The position numbers were made by a program, and so were the translations under genes. A stretch of DNA of 51,820 nucleotides from Girardia tigrina. Taxonomy: Eukaryota. A model generated the notes under the pieces. It did no database searches, was not told the origin of the DNA, and saw only the letters and a program-made list of their open reading frames with translations. Of the stretch, positions 1 to 14,675 are shown piece after piece; the stretch's first letter is position 1; every line of letters starts with the position of its first letter. The stretch spans positions 1-51,820 of the forward strand of contig MQRK01201145.1 of the NCBI GenBank assembly GCA_001938485.1. Reading direction: 5' to 3'.

Positions 1-398
1 TTGTGTATTAAGGCAAATCTAGTTTATCAATTCAAATGTCACAAGTGCGAAGCCTTGTACATTGGAGAGACAAGTCGTCATCTCCGCACTAGAATTGCTG
101 AACATACTCAATCGAGTAGGAATAGTTCGATATTGAGCCATATTAAAAGATGCAAAGGTAATCTTATGGATTACAATAAAGATTTTAAAGTGATTTTAAA
201 TAATTTTGACACAAATTATGAAAGGATTATTGCCGAAGCNNNNNNNNNNNNNNNNNNNNNNNNNNNNNNNNNNNNNNNNNNNNNNNNNNAAATAATTTTG
301 ACACAAATTATGAAAGGATTATTGCCGAAGCATTGTTAATAAAGCATCATAAACCATGCTTAAACGTGCAAGGTGATTCATCTAATCATATTAAAGTT

Positions 399-405
<7 letters not shown>
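1..405 (+). mobile_element. Penelope-like element, GIY-YIG endonuclease C-terminal fragment
   Basis: NLVYQFKCHKCEALYIGETSRHLRTRIAEH...ERIIAEALLIKHHKPCLNVQG is the PLE GIY-YIG signature; ends at a (TA)n tract. Confidence 0.9.
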
Positions 406-439
<34 letters not shown>

Positions 440-1065
440 CCTTAATAATAAGAACTATTTTTTTAAATGCGAACAGGTTAAATAAAACTTTGGTATTTAT
501 TTCGAATACTGTCTTGGATTATAGCAAAATTATTAAAAGTTTGGATTGTTTCTTTGTACTGAATGTTTGTGTTTATCATATCAAACATAATCGTCGTGGA
601 TTCGTATTGTTTTATAAAAAATAATGTCAGATCCAAATATATACGTAATTATGTCTATTTAAAGACCCTAAAAATTTGCTAAGAATGATACCTCTTTCAC
701 CCATTCATAACCAATATCAAACAATATTCAAAATTTATATATTTCTATAAATATTAATTTTTTATGTTCAAAATTTCTACTATTTCTATTATTTAATTAA
801 AAATAATTGTATAAAGTAATTTAACAAAAATACTAAAAGCAAAAACATAATCAAAATATGTTTAAACATTTACATATTTTCATTCATTAATTTTTCATTA
901 TTTACATAATGTTATAAAAATATAAAACTCGAGTTAATTATATTAATTACAATCGAAACAATGTTTAATGTAATTGTTTAATTGTTAAATTGTTTTAATT
1001 GGTTAAGTATAATATATTTAATATTTATTAATTATTGAAATTATTATGTTCAGACAATTAAAACA

Positions 1066-1110
<45 letters not shown>

Positions 1111-4100
1111 ATAGAATAACATTTTTATATAAAAAATAACAGTTTTTTAAACAATTGAATAACTTAAAGAAATTAATAAATCAATATGTAAAATAGTTTT
1201 GTCTTAAACTGTATCTGAATCATAAGAATTTGTAAGAGACAAATTTTAATATAAAAAATAACGTCAGATATTCTAATATGATTATATAATTATAATCTAT
1301 AAATAATATAATAAAAATTCTAGTACGTAAAAAACAGATTTTATTTTAATTTATTATTTCTTTATTATTATAACTAACTTTTTAAATTTGAAACATTTTT
1401 AATGTTTATTTCTTTAAAAAGTATTTCCATTTAACTATTTTTACTTTAAACTATATTTACATTTTGAAATAATTATGTTTCTTTTAAATTAACGATAAAT
1501 TTTAAAATTTAATTAATTTATGTTACAATATTTATCTAAATTCAAATATTGAAAAGGAAATCAAATCAATAGTTTTGTTGCCATTAAACTATGAGAACAT
1601 TTTATATATTTATATTTTGAAGAAATTAAAACAAACGATAAAAAGAATATTTTTAAAATTATTACTCAAAAATACTATTTTTTAATAATATAAAAAAATA
1701 ATACAATAATAATAATTCAATAAAAATAATAAATAGAAAATAAACAAAATTGAAAAATATAATTGCTGACAATTACTTAATCTTTTAACAAAAATTTTAC
1801 CAACATAAATTAACTTAATTAAATTTTAATTAATCTAATAAATTATTTAAAAACATTTTAAAACTAAATATTAATTTCTTTTTCAATTGTAAATATTTTA
1901 AAATCAATTTCAAAATACAAAAAAAATTATATTTTTTTTCTATCTGTAATCAATAAAAATGCAGTTTAATAATTAAACAATAAAAATTCCTATTAATGGT
2001 TTTTTTTGTTGTATTTAGCTACTGAAATATAGCTTCCATTGCCAACCAACTAGAAATGTCATAAAATCAATAAAAAACCTAACAAAAATGGGGGGAAATT
2101 TAGTAAATAAATGATAAAAAAGGAATCTGGGTACTCAGTTCAGATAATAAATCAATTTATAAAATAAATAATAGCAACAATTCGGTAACCGACTTTCAAC
2201 CTAAAGGATAAACTGTGAAAATAATTATCAAAAAATTGTCAGTTTATTTTTCAATTTAATAAATAATTGCTTTAAATCTATTTTAATTGACGGATTTTTG
2301 TTTATATCCTCTTCAAGTTGATAAATTTTCATATTGATTTTTCTATGGTACAAAAAATATTTATCAGCAATTAAAATAAAATTGAAAATAAACGAAATTA
2401 AATTGATAAATCTATTGAAATCCAACTTAATCATTTGAGTTCCGGAGAATGTTTTAGTAATTTATCAAGAACAATTTTGCCATGGAAAATGACTTTTGAT
2501 TTATTAGTTTGAAAGAAAATTAAAAGAATGGTAAAAAGAAATTGAGATAAAAGAGAAATTTTGTAAAAGGAATATTTTATATTTTATCATTTTAATTTCA
2601 AAAATAAATGTTTTAATTAAAATATTTAATTAAAATATTTTAATTAAAAATAAATATCCATTTTGCTACATAGTCTCTTCTATTCGTATATCCCATTCGA
2701 CCTCTGTAACGTGTCTTCGTGTATTGTATTTGGTTATTTCTTCTATTTCTTGTATCTTCTCTTTTTCGAAACATTATATTCTCAAATGAACCTATCTTAT
2801 TTCAATGTTTGTATTTGACATTTTGGGATTATCATCTCACATAGCCTTCTTCATGGTATGTCCATTATGTGATCCTTGATGCTTTGAATGTTCTTCTTGG
2901 TTCTTCGATCTTTCTCTCTTTGTATCTTGTTCTTGGTTTTATTTTTTTATATCTACCTTCTTTCATTAAATATGAGCAAATATGATTTTTTACCTTCTTT
3001 CATTTGCTTTCAGAGTTCTTTCTCTTTTTTTCTTCTTTATCTTTAATGGCGAACACTAGATGTGAAAGTTATTTTTTCCCATTTTTTTCTGTACTAGTTT
3101 CTTGACTAGTTCATTAATCTTTTTAGATACTTCTTATTGATATTTATCACTGATTCTAATCTCTACAAGTTCTTTCATTATCTCTATGATAATCTTCTCT
3201 TTAGAGAACGCACTTCTCATTTTTTTCCAAGCTATCTTCTTGCATTTTCTCATATTTGCTTATCGCCTCTGGTGTCTTGAATGCTAAAACTAATATTGCC
3301 TTTCTTTGTTCCTTAAATCCAAATATTTTAGAATATCTCTCGTAAAGCTCATTAGGAATTCTTCTAATTTTGCTTCTGACCCATCGAATGTCTCCGGTAT
3401 TTTGATAATTGGTGTCACGTGGTCGGATTAAGAATGCTGAGAACATTGAGATAATTTTCATTTTAATTTTTATTATTATCACATATAGAGCTATCGCAAC
3501 TAATCACCATTCTAAGTTCAACATACTCAAATCAACATAAAACATCCATACATTCACACATTCAAACAATTTAAAATATTCCTCACAAACAGTATATAGT
3601 AAACATATTGCGATGCAGTTGTTGCATATTTTTAATGTTTCTGTAAATAAATTGTATTTATTGATACAACGAAGTCTTTTGTTTACAAATGATCATTAAC
3701 CGAATATTTATGGTCATTTGTCATTTATCTGTTGATCAAATACGTTTGAATACTTTGGTAGTTAAAAAAGAATTTTTTTATTAAAATTTCTTTTGTTTTA
3801 CATAAAAGTGGTCTTATTATTAAAAATTTTTAAAAATATATTAAAATTTAAAATTTATTTTTATATGATTTGAAAAATGTTTATTTTAAATCACTTTTTA
3901 TAAACGACGTAAAAAAAGAATGAATTTTTAAAAAAATCCGTTATATAATTGACCATATTGGTAATAAAAAATATAACATTTCAAGACGCTAACGCTAACA
4001 AATTAAATCAAATTGAATTTACTTATATGATATTTATATATGATATTTAAATATGCCCCTTAACTTAGTCGGGTTGATCATCCATTCTTCTAAGTCTTTG

Positions 4101-4817
4101 GAATCGCCGTCAAGGACGTAATTAAATCTTTTTGTCTTCTGAAACTTAATAAGAAATATTTAATCTGATGGAACTAGAATTCGTTTTCCTCAATTTTGCT
4201 TTTGCAACCTAGGTCTCTTTAAAAAGGTACCCTTCCTTTTAATAAAAGAAACTTTTGTCTAAAATGTTTTTCTAAATTCTGCAAGTATTGTAATTTCACC
4301 AAAAGCCTTCCATTACCCACTGTAATAATCAGATCAGGTTGAACCAAGGGGCAACGGAATGCAGTAATTTAATTGCTATTATTCGTACTAAGGGTATACA
4401 AAATTGCTGTAAATAACCAGAAGTTATTATATACCAAGTCATCACAATTTGTTTAAAAGACGAAAAACCGTATTGCATTTCTTAAACAAACTATTTTGAT
4501 GGGACTGAGAAGGTTGTGATTCTTACATTTAAGGTTGCTCATCAAATAAAAGTAATTTATAAATATCAGATTAACAGTTAAAATTTAACTCCATTAATAA
4601 AATATATTTAAAGTCATGTTAGGTTTCAGATGACTTTTTGAATCTTGATTTAAGGAAAAATCAAAAATTTAAATTATTCAACATTTTTAATTTAAAAATT
4701 TTTATTTATAAAACATATATTTGCTCTAAAATTTCTTATCATTTTTGAAATCATTTAAAATTCCCTTAAAGATTTAAAATATTCAAATTCAAAATTTTAT
4801 GTGAGCGCCCTAAAATC

Positions 4818-5063
4818 CAGGGCTGCGGATTTGGACTAAAATTGCCCGACTTCGACTCCGATTCCAACTCCTTTTTAAGTTAATTTATAATATTTGTTAT
4901 TATTTTGTCGGAGTCGAGTTACACGACTCCGACTTAGACTCTGACTCTGACTCCGACTCCAACTCCAACTTCGGCTCAGACTTCAACTCCAACTCCGACT
5001 CCGACTTCCCCAAAAATCCTAAAACTCCGACTCCTTGACTCTGACTCCGACTCCGTAGCCCTG
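4818..5063. mobile_element. hAT-type MITE with internal (GACTCC)n repeats
   Basis: TIR CAGGGCTGCGGA / TCCGTAGCCCTG; perfect 8-bp TSD CTAAAATC at 4810-4817 and 5064-5071. Confidence 0.88.
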
Positions 5064-5677
5064 CTAAAATCATATTAACTTAAATATTAAGTAACCAGTG
5101 TTTCATTTAGTCAAATTTACAATAGAAAAGATGACTTTCATCCATCCTTTTTTTTCTAATTCTTTAATTCCAAACTCTTTTACTATTTGAACCTATTTGA
5201 TTTACAGTCACTAACATATTTATATTTATAAATTAAAAAATAAATTAAATTTGTATTAATAATCCAAATCAATTATTAGTAACGATTTAGAAATATTAAA
5301 AAATAGGATACCGTTAAGTCAACAATTCCAGCGTTTTTGTCTACTATTCATGTATTTATTGTGATCTTTGTCGAGAAAAAAAGAATTATTAACGTGTCTC
5401 AAAAAAACAGTTATAAATCCAATGGATAATAAATCGAGAGAGAAACAATCAACCGTCAATTTCAATTCAACAACATTCACTATATCAAATTTCCATCACA
5501 ATTTCAATCGCCAATCAGAACTATTGTATCTCCAATAATTATCTGAATATAAACTCAAATTATCAGAATGTTATATCAATTAATTTTATTATCATATTTA
5601 TATTCCGTTTACCATTTATGTCCCGTACACAATAAAGTTACGCAGAACTTGTTGATAATCAAAGCCATTATTTTTCC

Positions 5678-5732
<55 letters not shown>

Positions 5733-6220
5733 NNNNNNNNNNNNNNNNNNNNNNNNNNNNNNNNNNNNNNNNNNNNNNNNNNNNNNNNNNNNNNNNNNNN
5801 NNNNNNNNNNNNNNNNNNNNNNNNNNNNNNNNNNNNNNNNNNNNNNNNNNNNNNNNNNNNNNNNNNNNNNNNNNNNNNNNNNNNNNNNNNNNNNNNNNNN
5901 NNNNNNNNNNNNNNNNNNNNNNNNNNNNNNNNNNNNNNNNNNNNNNNNNNNNNNNNNNNNNNNNNNNNNNNNNNNNNNNNNNNNNNNNNNNNNNNNNNNN
6001 NNNNNNNNNNNNNNNNNNNNNNNNNNNNNNNNNNNNNNNNNNNNNNNNNNNNNNNNNNNNNNNNNNNNNNNNNNNNNNNNNNNNNNNNNNNNNNNNNNNN
6101 NNNNNNNNNNNNNNNNNNNNNNNNNNNNNNNNNNNNNNNNNNNNNNNNNNNNNNNNNNNNNNNNNNNNNNNNNNNNNNNNNNNNNNNNNNNNNNNNNNNN
6201 NNNNNNNNNNNNNNNNNNNN

Positions 6221-6313
6221 TTAAAAATCGAAACATGTCCAATAGTTGTATTAAAAAAGCTTTAATCAAATTATATTTTCGAAATACTAAACTTGCGTTC
6301 ACAAGACTCAATA
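6221..6313 (+). mobile_element. PLE family A 3' terminus with 3' half of hammerhead (rest lies in the N gap)
   Basis: atcgaaacatgtccaata...cttgcgttcacaagactcaatatt, near-identical to 31135-31222; followed by (TA)n. Confidence 0.75.
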
Positions 6314-8539
6314 TTATATATATATATATATATATATATCTGTTTGTCAGTACATTACTTTTTTATAAGCTTTATTATATTAAAATTTATTTTTACATAA
6401 TCATATCATTTAAGAGATTTCATTTAAACGTCAGTTTCATGTAGCTCGTTTACACTAGTGTCTAACTTTTCCCTACACAAAATTTCTATCCGGCTAAGTT
6501 TGAGACCGTTTTCCTATCACGAAATGCTTAAATTGATGCGTAAATTACCAGTAGACAAATTTACATTTTACTTTGGTGTTCGAATTTTTTAAATTTGTTG
6601 CTGTTATAGTTTGTTTATTTGTTGTTGTAGTTATAAATAGACAACTTCTTAACAGTGTGTAAAGAAGTCTGCTTAAAAGGGGTTGTAAATTCCCCCTGAT
6701 GTTATCTGAATAGATGAAACACTATCTAGCCATGTATGGCTTACTTGTTCAGACCGAAATTCTTTTTATCTATCTTGAATGGTTCAGTATATTACCTGTT
6801 CTGAAAGCTATTTTTATCATTGAACTGTTTTAGGCAATTACAATTTTCAAAGTTATTTATTTCATTTTCGCTTTTAATAAAAAATAAAATCTGTCACATG
6901 AGAAGATTGTTTCCCCTGTGGACAATAAAACAAAATATTTGCCCTTATAAATCACTTCAATGATTAGCAAACATAAACAATTTGAGTTTAATGAAATATT
7001 ATTTTTATTCAAATTGCTTTTCGCTTCAAGCAGTCTTTGTCATATCCGGTAAGAAGGATATTCAGTATGAAATTGAAAAATATTTAAATGAAAAACAATT
7101 TTTATTAAGAAATGTCTTATTTTCGATAAAAAATTCTGAAGATGATTTTTTAATTTATTTTCTGTTGAAAAGAATCTTATTTAATTTAAGCTAGTCGATT
7201 TACTAATTACAAAAATTTAATGTAATCATATTTTATTATAATGAATTGAGGTATGGTGATCATATATGTATATATGTATATATTTTTAAAAATAAATTTG
7301 ATAAAGATTTGCTTATCAATTGATTATCGTACATGTTTAAAAACTTCATTTTTTCACATCAGCAATTATAATGTTATAAAAACATTTACAATAATAAAAT
7401 TACTAAAAAAAGCTTTAACAAAATATTTTTTCAAAAAAAAACGATACGAGATCACAAGACTTAGTAATATATATATATATATATATATATATGATTTCAA
7501 ACTTTTTGCAATCCCATGTTTTTAACTTTTATTATAATATGTGGTAAAAATACAAATATTTATATATTCAGTAATAGTTTTACTAAATAATTAATTAATT
7601 AGAGCTTTCAAATATAATTTATTGTGAAAATATTTACCAAAATAAGCTACAAAAACAGTTACAATAATTCCTTTAAAAATAAGAATTTGTACTGGGAATA
7701 GTATTAAATTAAAATATTAAAAAAACAATTTAAATGCAAAATATTCACCTGGAACATATTTTATAGATGTATACATTTTATATTTTTTTAATAACCGAAT
7801 CACTAGGTAAACATTTTAAATTTTTTATAGATTTATGAAAAATATTACACAGGAAGTTAAATGGCATATTTGATTACAATACGTTTTAGAGTATTTTTAA
7901 ATAACACATAAATAAAACTTCCATTTTGAAATAAAAATTTAAAAAGTCAAAAATTGGGCAATGTTGTCTAATGGTCTATCGCCATTTAAATCACTCGAAT
8001 TTGAAATTTTCAATTAGTCAACTGAAGATCCCAAACTAGCCGACACATGTTTTGAAAAATAACTTTTTAAATGAGAATTTTTTTATTTCATCGAAAGCTA
8101 GAGGTGGTGAGATGCAGATAAATTAATTAAAAATATTCATACAAGTACTATTATTATGGAAGCATAAATTGTAAGAAACAACGACCCCGTATATCTATAT
8201 AAATATAACGGATGTATTATCATATAAATTTACGAGCCTCGGAGGAAAAACCCGATATAATTGTACTTCAAAAAATATCTTTTGAACACGAAATGACTTA
8301 ATTTGAGTTACTAAAGATTAAAGTAATTTTCAGATCCAAATTCGTTTCATGGTTATATTTCATAATGTAAATAATTACAAAAATGATATAAATTATTCAT
8401 TTATTCTAAAAAAGGTATATGGATAATTAATTTTATAGACAGTTTATTGTCCGATTATAAAGAAAGATATGACTTAAAGTTGTTCTTCTTCTAATATATA
8501 CTAACAGAATTTGTGTAAAATATTATTTAATCACAGTCA

Positions 8540-9642
8540 ATAGGGTTTTTATAAGCCATATATAAGCTTTCGGAGCAGCACGAGCCTCAGCAGTTAAATG
8601 GCAACGAAATGAGTCCCACACCAAGAGTCTCTGATGAAAGGCAAAGTTACCCACACCTTGCTAATCCACGTCATAGTGTTGTAAGGCTGTATTCAACCAT
8701 TGTTATACAGTTCAATAATAACGCCACGTATTCCTACCAATTCTGTCGGCATTCTTTTTTCTTTAAACACGGCAAACGGAGGTAATTTACGTCCATCAGC
8801 TATATCTGACAGACACACTGTGATGGGACTTTATTCATGTCTAGTTGTAAGCATAAGAACATGCTGTACTCCACGAATATCCACTGTTGCATCTCCGGGC
8901 AAATTGCGGTTTTGTCCATGTTGCCAATATTATCTGGCCGCAGCAGATGTTGGCATCGTTGTTCTTTGCAATAGCAGACAAATGTCACTACCTTCTTTGC
9001 AAATTCTAGTGGAAGTCGTTGCTCAGTTGTTGTTTTACTACGGAGGACGAAATTATGACGCTCCATAACTTTTCTACCATCTACGGCTTGCTTTGAAATT
9101 GGGGTCGCTGGCTAGAGCAATAGCCTTGCTGCATATAGATTTGCGTGTAACTCGTTGATAGAGTGAGCAATCATCTAAAATCTACTGTCGCATTTTAATT
9201 TTCATGTCTTCATTATTAATTTTACGACCACCGCCAGGAAGACATTAACGTTTTGAGGCTTTGCATGCTCCAAATGATGCATCCAGATTTGAAAACTTTC
9301 CAGCGGCTTTCTGTTGTCTCCACTCACGAATCCTTTTTTCGTCAACATGAAGCTGCGATGCTGCTGGACGATTTCCTTTCATTTTTGCTAGGTCGACAGC
9401 TCTCTGTTTGAAAGCTACGTCATAAGATCGTTTGCTCGGCATTCTTTTCTTTAAAAAAATAAGTGAATATATTGTGTATTTTTAAACAAATTATTATTTT
9501 TTTGAATAATTTTTTTTTATTTTAAATTTTGTAATTTCTGAAATAAACGCCGCCCTCGAATAAACAGCGCCTTCAATATAACTCCGCACCTTCGATTCAG
9601 CATTTGAAATAAACGCAGCTGCGTTAAATCGAAGTAATACGG
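8540..9642 (-). mobile_element. pogo-family DNA transposon, degenerate and 3'-truncated
   Basis: N-terminal HTH (KRSYDVAFKQRAV..GNRPAA..VDEKRIREWRQQ), FMERHNF, NMDKT (first D), LLVWDSFRCH (second D); terminus CCGTATTACTTCG next to TA at 9643. Confidence 0.82.
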
Positions 9643-10092
9643 TATATATATATATATATATATATAATTTTTCATTTAAATGTTTTTTGAATGTTCCAAT
9701 GATCCTTAATTTGCATCAAAGACAGAATGGTTAGGGTGTACATTAAAAGAATGTTAGGGAATAAAATAATGAAGTTGAGAATCTTTTCTACCAATAAAAA
9801 TTTTAAGAATCAATTAGAGCTCTATTATTACCGCAATCGTCTCTAAAATAACTAAAGGGTGTTTTAAATGAAGAAGGAATTAAAGTACGCTTGGAAAATA
9901 TAACAGTTTGTATAAATAAATGCTTCGGAGAATTGAAGCAGTCATGACCGCAAAAAGTGGACCTGCCCCCAAATTAAAATATATTTTATTGATTTTTCAA
10001 GAAGTTTTAGTTATTTCATCCACCCTCAATACATGTATAATGGTTACTTCTTCATTTACCATCAATCGCGTCAAAATTATATACATAATAAT

Positions 10093-11154
10093 GTGATGCG
10101 GTCAAAATAGCAATAATCAAAAATAGGTCACATTCAAAATAGCTACAGTCAAAACAGTGACTTCGAAACAGCGATAGTCAAAATAGCGAATTTTTAATAT
10201 TAATATTAAAGCATTGACTTCTATTCCAATAAATGAGGTAAATGATGCTTTTGACGAACTTGTTGCCGATTATCCGATTATCCACCACCACTAGTACCTT
10301 TAAAAACTTATTTTGGTAGAAAGACTTTTTTCTAACTTTTCTTGGTAGAAGAAATAGAAGAATCCCACTTTTCCCGATTGAAATGTGGAGTGTACGAACA
10401 AAACAAGAATTGACTCGTTTACGCAAAAAAAACCATCTTGAAGCTAACATAATGCCTTCCAAGAAGAATCTCTACAACATGTTAATACATCCAAATTTTA
10501 CAAGGCAGAGATTTAGTTCAAAAATGAAAAAATATGTAGTCATGAATATTAACAATATCAATATGAGTTTTACAACATTTATTAATATCACAAGCGCATT
10601 CACTATTTGATATCTCTCTCGATCAATATATTTCTTCGTTCATACTAATTATTTTCAATAAATGAATATCTGTTAATAAACATTATTAATTATAAAGAAT
10701 CTAATTGGTTAAAATTAAATCAAAATATTTTTTAAAAAGAACATATTAAATTAATATATTAAAATTTTAAATTACATTAAAAAAATAATACATTCAAAAA
10801 TTATTTTAAATTTCTTTTACTTTAAAATTAAATTAAATTATTTTTAATTTGTAGGAATCAAAGAAAATATCAATCATCCATCTGTGTAGGAGAGGCACAA
10901 TCCGAATCAACATTCTACATGCACAATATCAACACACAATTCAAAACATTCCTCACAATGAATAAAACGATTACTGTAGTACAACAAAATTAAAATCAAT
11001 ATAATTTACGGGAGTTCTTACAAGCATTTGCTTATAACTTGGAAATAATTGTTTAGTTTTTTAATTTAAAATTTCATTTTTATAATTATCGCTATTTTAA
11101 CTGTCATTATTTTAACTAAAGCTATTTTGATTGTCGCTTATTTTAACGCAAGCC
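10093..11154 (+). mobile_element. Mutator (Phantom-like) internally deleted element
   Basis: Inverted ends built from CAAAATAGC repeats; 9-bp TSD CATAATAAT (10084-10092 and 11155-11163); relic peptides IPINEVNDAFDEL, PLFPIEMWSV, AFAYNL. Confidence 0.72.
10535..10957 (-). mobile_element. Solo-LTR-like repeat (TGTGAGGAAT family) inserted in the MULE relic
   Basis: Begins TGTGAGGAAT on minus, contains family motif CTCTCCTACxCAGATGGA and AATAAA, ends ..ACTACA; no clear TSD. Confidence 0.5.
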
Positions 11155-11941
11155 CATAATAATATATTTTGTGTATAAAAACATATAAATAAATACAAAA
11201 TAGTGTATTTTTATCCTATTAAATATCTACTATCAGAAAATGTGTAAGAAATAATCTTTCATTATTTGTAGGATCATAAAATGAATAACGTCGATCAGAA
11301 TTTATGACTATAACTGATATAATGCTGTGTACCTTGATTAAGCCTAAACAAAATTATTTTTATAAAATATCAAATTACCGTTCACAAGACTCAATATTAC
11401 ATATTTTAATTTACTTACTTATATATAATCTAAAAAAATTATTCCTAAACTAACACCTTTGACAATCTCTAAACTTATTTAGAAAAATATTAATCATTGA
11501 TTAAAACAAATAAAAAACAAAATTTCCAATTTACCTAACTGTAAAAAATTCATCGAAGCTTCATTCACACTGACCAAAATGACAACGGAAGCCATAATCT
11601 TTATTTATTTCTTTATTTAGTTTTAGTTTTGCTGCAGAAGAAGCTGCTAATAAGGAATTTTATGTCGTTCGTCTGTGACAAAATTTACTTTAAAAATCTA
11701 ATACAATTTATTTGATTTTAGATTAATACGAATGGGTCTCACAGTTTTGTTTAGAAAACATCTTTATATGGAAATAAACATTTATACCTACTAACACAAT
11801 TCAAAATCTAATTACCTTAAAAATAATAAAAAAATATTTTTCGTGAGAATGAAATTTCAAATGTAAATGAAAGTATATATTAAGTAAATACATATTATAA
11901 TATAAAAATTAGTAATTTGGCAACAGAAAGCATGACATAAA

Positions 11942-12350
11942 TGTGAGAAATATTTTGAATGTTTGATGTTTTGTGTTGATTTGGAAATGTGTCTCTCCTA
12001 CTCAGATGGATGATCAATATTTTAATCTTATTATCTAAAATATGTAATGTTACAATTTATTTATAATTTAAAATAATTCTAAAATTTTAAACAAATTAAT
12101 TAAATTTATTTACAATTTTTAATAAATAAATCGAATTAATATTTTTTAAATAATTAAATATCATTTTTATTTTTATCCAATATATTTTGAATAAATATTT
12201 TAATAAATTATTTATTTATCCATTTGCTAAAAATAATAAGATTAAAATCATTAATCAATTTAGTTTAGCATGCACTCATACAAAAGCTTTGACAAAGATT
12301 GTCTTAAGGACAAATGTTTTAAGGACAAACTTGTTATGTTAATAAAAATA
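11942..12350 (+). repeat. TGTGAGGAAT-family LTR-like copy
   Basis: tgtgagaaatattttgaatg...ctctcctactcagatgga shared with other copies; right end approximate. Confidence 0.45.
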
Positions 12351-14639
12351 TGGAAAGTCAAATTGGTGTTCTTAATAATAAAAATAAAATATTTGAATTT
12401 ATTGACCCATAAAAATTTGAAATTTTACATTTTATAAATTACTTTAATGGTTTAGAAAGTGTCATTCTTACATTAATATATTAGCAAACATTGCATGAAT
12501 CAATACTTTCGATTTTATTCATTGCAAATAAAAATTCTCTCGTTTCAATTATTAAAGTTGATAGACATTTTTAAGTAGACGTTCCTAGATCTACAGTCCA
12601 TAAAATAACATTAAAAGAACTTTAAAGCTGAAAGATATCAATTTGGAGCCCCGTGTCACTTTAAAAAATCGTTTTTGGAAAGAAGAAATGGAGATAAAAA
12701 TTTTCTTTACTATTTTTAACAGAAAATGCTCATTTGTCTTCGGGCAGTGTTTTCACCGGTGATTGTGTTATCTTGTCTGATAATTTAAAGTAGAGAATAT
12801 TTAAATAAGATTTCGAAAAAGTAATAACGCAAATATAAAATTAATTGACATTATGATGGATACAGTTCACTCAAAACTTACAAAACAATATTAATTATTC
12901 ATCAATCTTCAAATAAAAAAAACCCACATATGTCACTGTTTCTTTTAGGTGTTGAAACACCTGGTAAACCTGAATACTCCTTCAATGCTTTTGAGAAGAA
13001 ACTGAAGTCGTTATACTCCAAATCAGATGAAATCGAAGTTTTGGTATTATAATAATGCTATTTTCGAACATAAACATCGGGCAAATAATGAAGTAAAGCT
13101 GGGACATCATTACCTTGCTTATATTTCTTAGATTTGTTGTTCCATAAAAGTAGCCGTTTTCTATTTATTGATTCAAGCTGCAAAACTTTATCTTCTGCTA
13201 CCATTCAATACTACAGTTATAGTACAAAAAACGAGAAAGCCTCTAACGTATAATCAAACTTGGCGTGTTATTTTAGGTCTTGATATATTTGAAACCATTC
13301 ATTAGGATCATCGAGCCTTAGGTTCGATGCCATAACTGTACATTCACGTGTTCTCACATATTTTGGTCAACTGGAACGTTTTTGAGTCATTGGACACATT
13401 TCCTATTCTTTCCTGATTTGGGTTAAATTTGTTTTCACAGTTTAATAATTTCCGTAAAATATTTGCGGCAATTCGATTGATGTCATAAAATATACAATCT
13501 CTTAACTTCTTTAACAACTTTTCATATTGTTATTTGTCAATTTGTTAAGCTTCTTCATTACCGCTTGTTCTGGTTACTTAAATTAAATATGTTTTCAAAA
13601 ACATTTATTAACCCAAAAATGTAGGGCTGGAATTTCAGAAATATTAAATATATATATATATATATATATATATNNNNNNNNNNNNNNNNNNNNNNNNNNN
13701 NNNNNNNNNNNNNNNNNNNNNNNNNNNNNNNNNNNNNNNNNNNNNNNNNNNNNNNNNNNNNNNNNNNNNNNNNNNNNNNNNNNNNNNNNNNNNNNNNNNN
13801 NNNNNNNNNNNNNNNNNNNNNNNNNNNNNNNNNNNNNNNNNNNNNNNNNNNNNNNNNNNNNNNNNNNNNNNNNNNNNNNNNNNNNNNNNNNNNNNNNNNN
13901 NNNNNNNNNNNNNNNNNNNNNNNNNNNNNNNNNNNNNNNNNNNNNNNNNNNNNNNNNNNNNNNNNNNNNNNNNNNNNNNNNNNNNNNNNNNNNNNNNNNN
14001 NNNNNNNNNNNNNNNNNNNNNNNNNNNNNNNNNNNNNNNNNNNNNNNNNNNNNNNNNNNNNNNNNNNNNNNNNNNNNNNNNNNNNNNNNNNNNNNNNNNN
14101 NNNNNNNNNNNNNNNNNNNNNNNNNNNNNNNNNNNNNNNNNNNNNNNNNNNNNNNNNNNNNNNNNNNNNNNNNNNNNNNNNNNNNNNNNNNNNNNNNNNN
14201 NNNNNNNNNNNNNNNNNNNNNNNNNNNNNNNNNNNNNNNNNNNNNNNNNNNNNNNNNNNNNNNNNNNNNNNNNNNNNNNNNNNNNNNNNNNNNNNNNNNN
14301 NNNNNNNNNNNNNNNNNNNNNNNNNNNNNNNNNNNNNNNNNNNNNNNNNNNNNNNNNNNNNNNNNNNNNNNNNNNNNNNNNNNNNNNNNNNNNNNNNNNN
14401 NNNNNNNNNNNNNNNNNNNNNNNNNNNNNNNNNNNNNNNNNNNNNNNNNNNNNNNNNNNNNNNNNNNNNNNNNNNNNNNNNNNNNNNNNNNNNNNNNNNN
14501 NNNNNNNNNNNNNNNNNNNNNNNNNNNNNNNNNNNNNNNNNNNNNNNNNNNNNNNNNNNNNNNNNNNNNNNNNNNNNNNNNNNNNNNNNNNNNNNNNNNN
14601 NNNNNNNNNNNNNNNNNNNNNNNNNNNNNNNNNNNNNNN

Positions 14640-14675
<36 letters not shown>

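Noticed and set aside
199-331. Direct duplication of ~40 nt flanking the N run
   Set aside because: Identical sequence on both sides of a gap indicates an unmerged contig overlap, not biology.
2680-3482. Possible gag-like or host ORF (3201-3482)
   Set aside because: Probably a decayed retroelement, but no diagnostic motif survives to support a call.
5568-6311. Long ORFs through N gaps and (TA)n, also 28766-29137
   Set aside because: Artefacts of Ns and IYIY microsatellite translation.
12900-13560. Coding-like decayed stretches (also 40200-41250 and 43340-43930)
   Set aside because: Likely old TE debris; the family cannot be assigned by eye.
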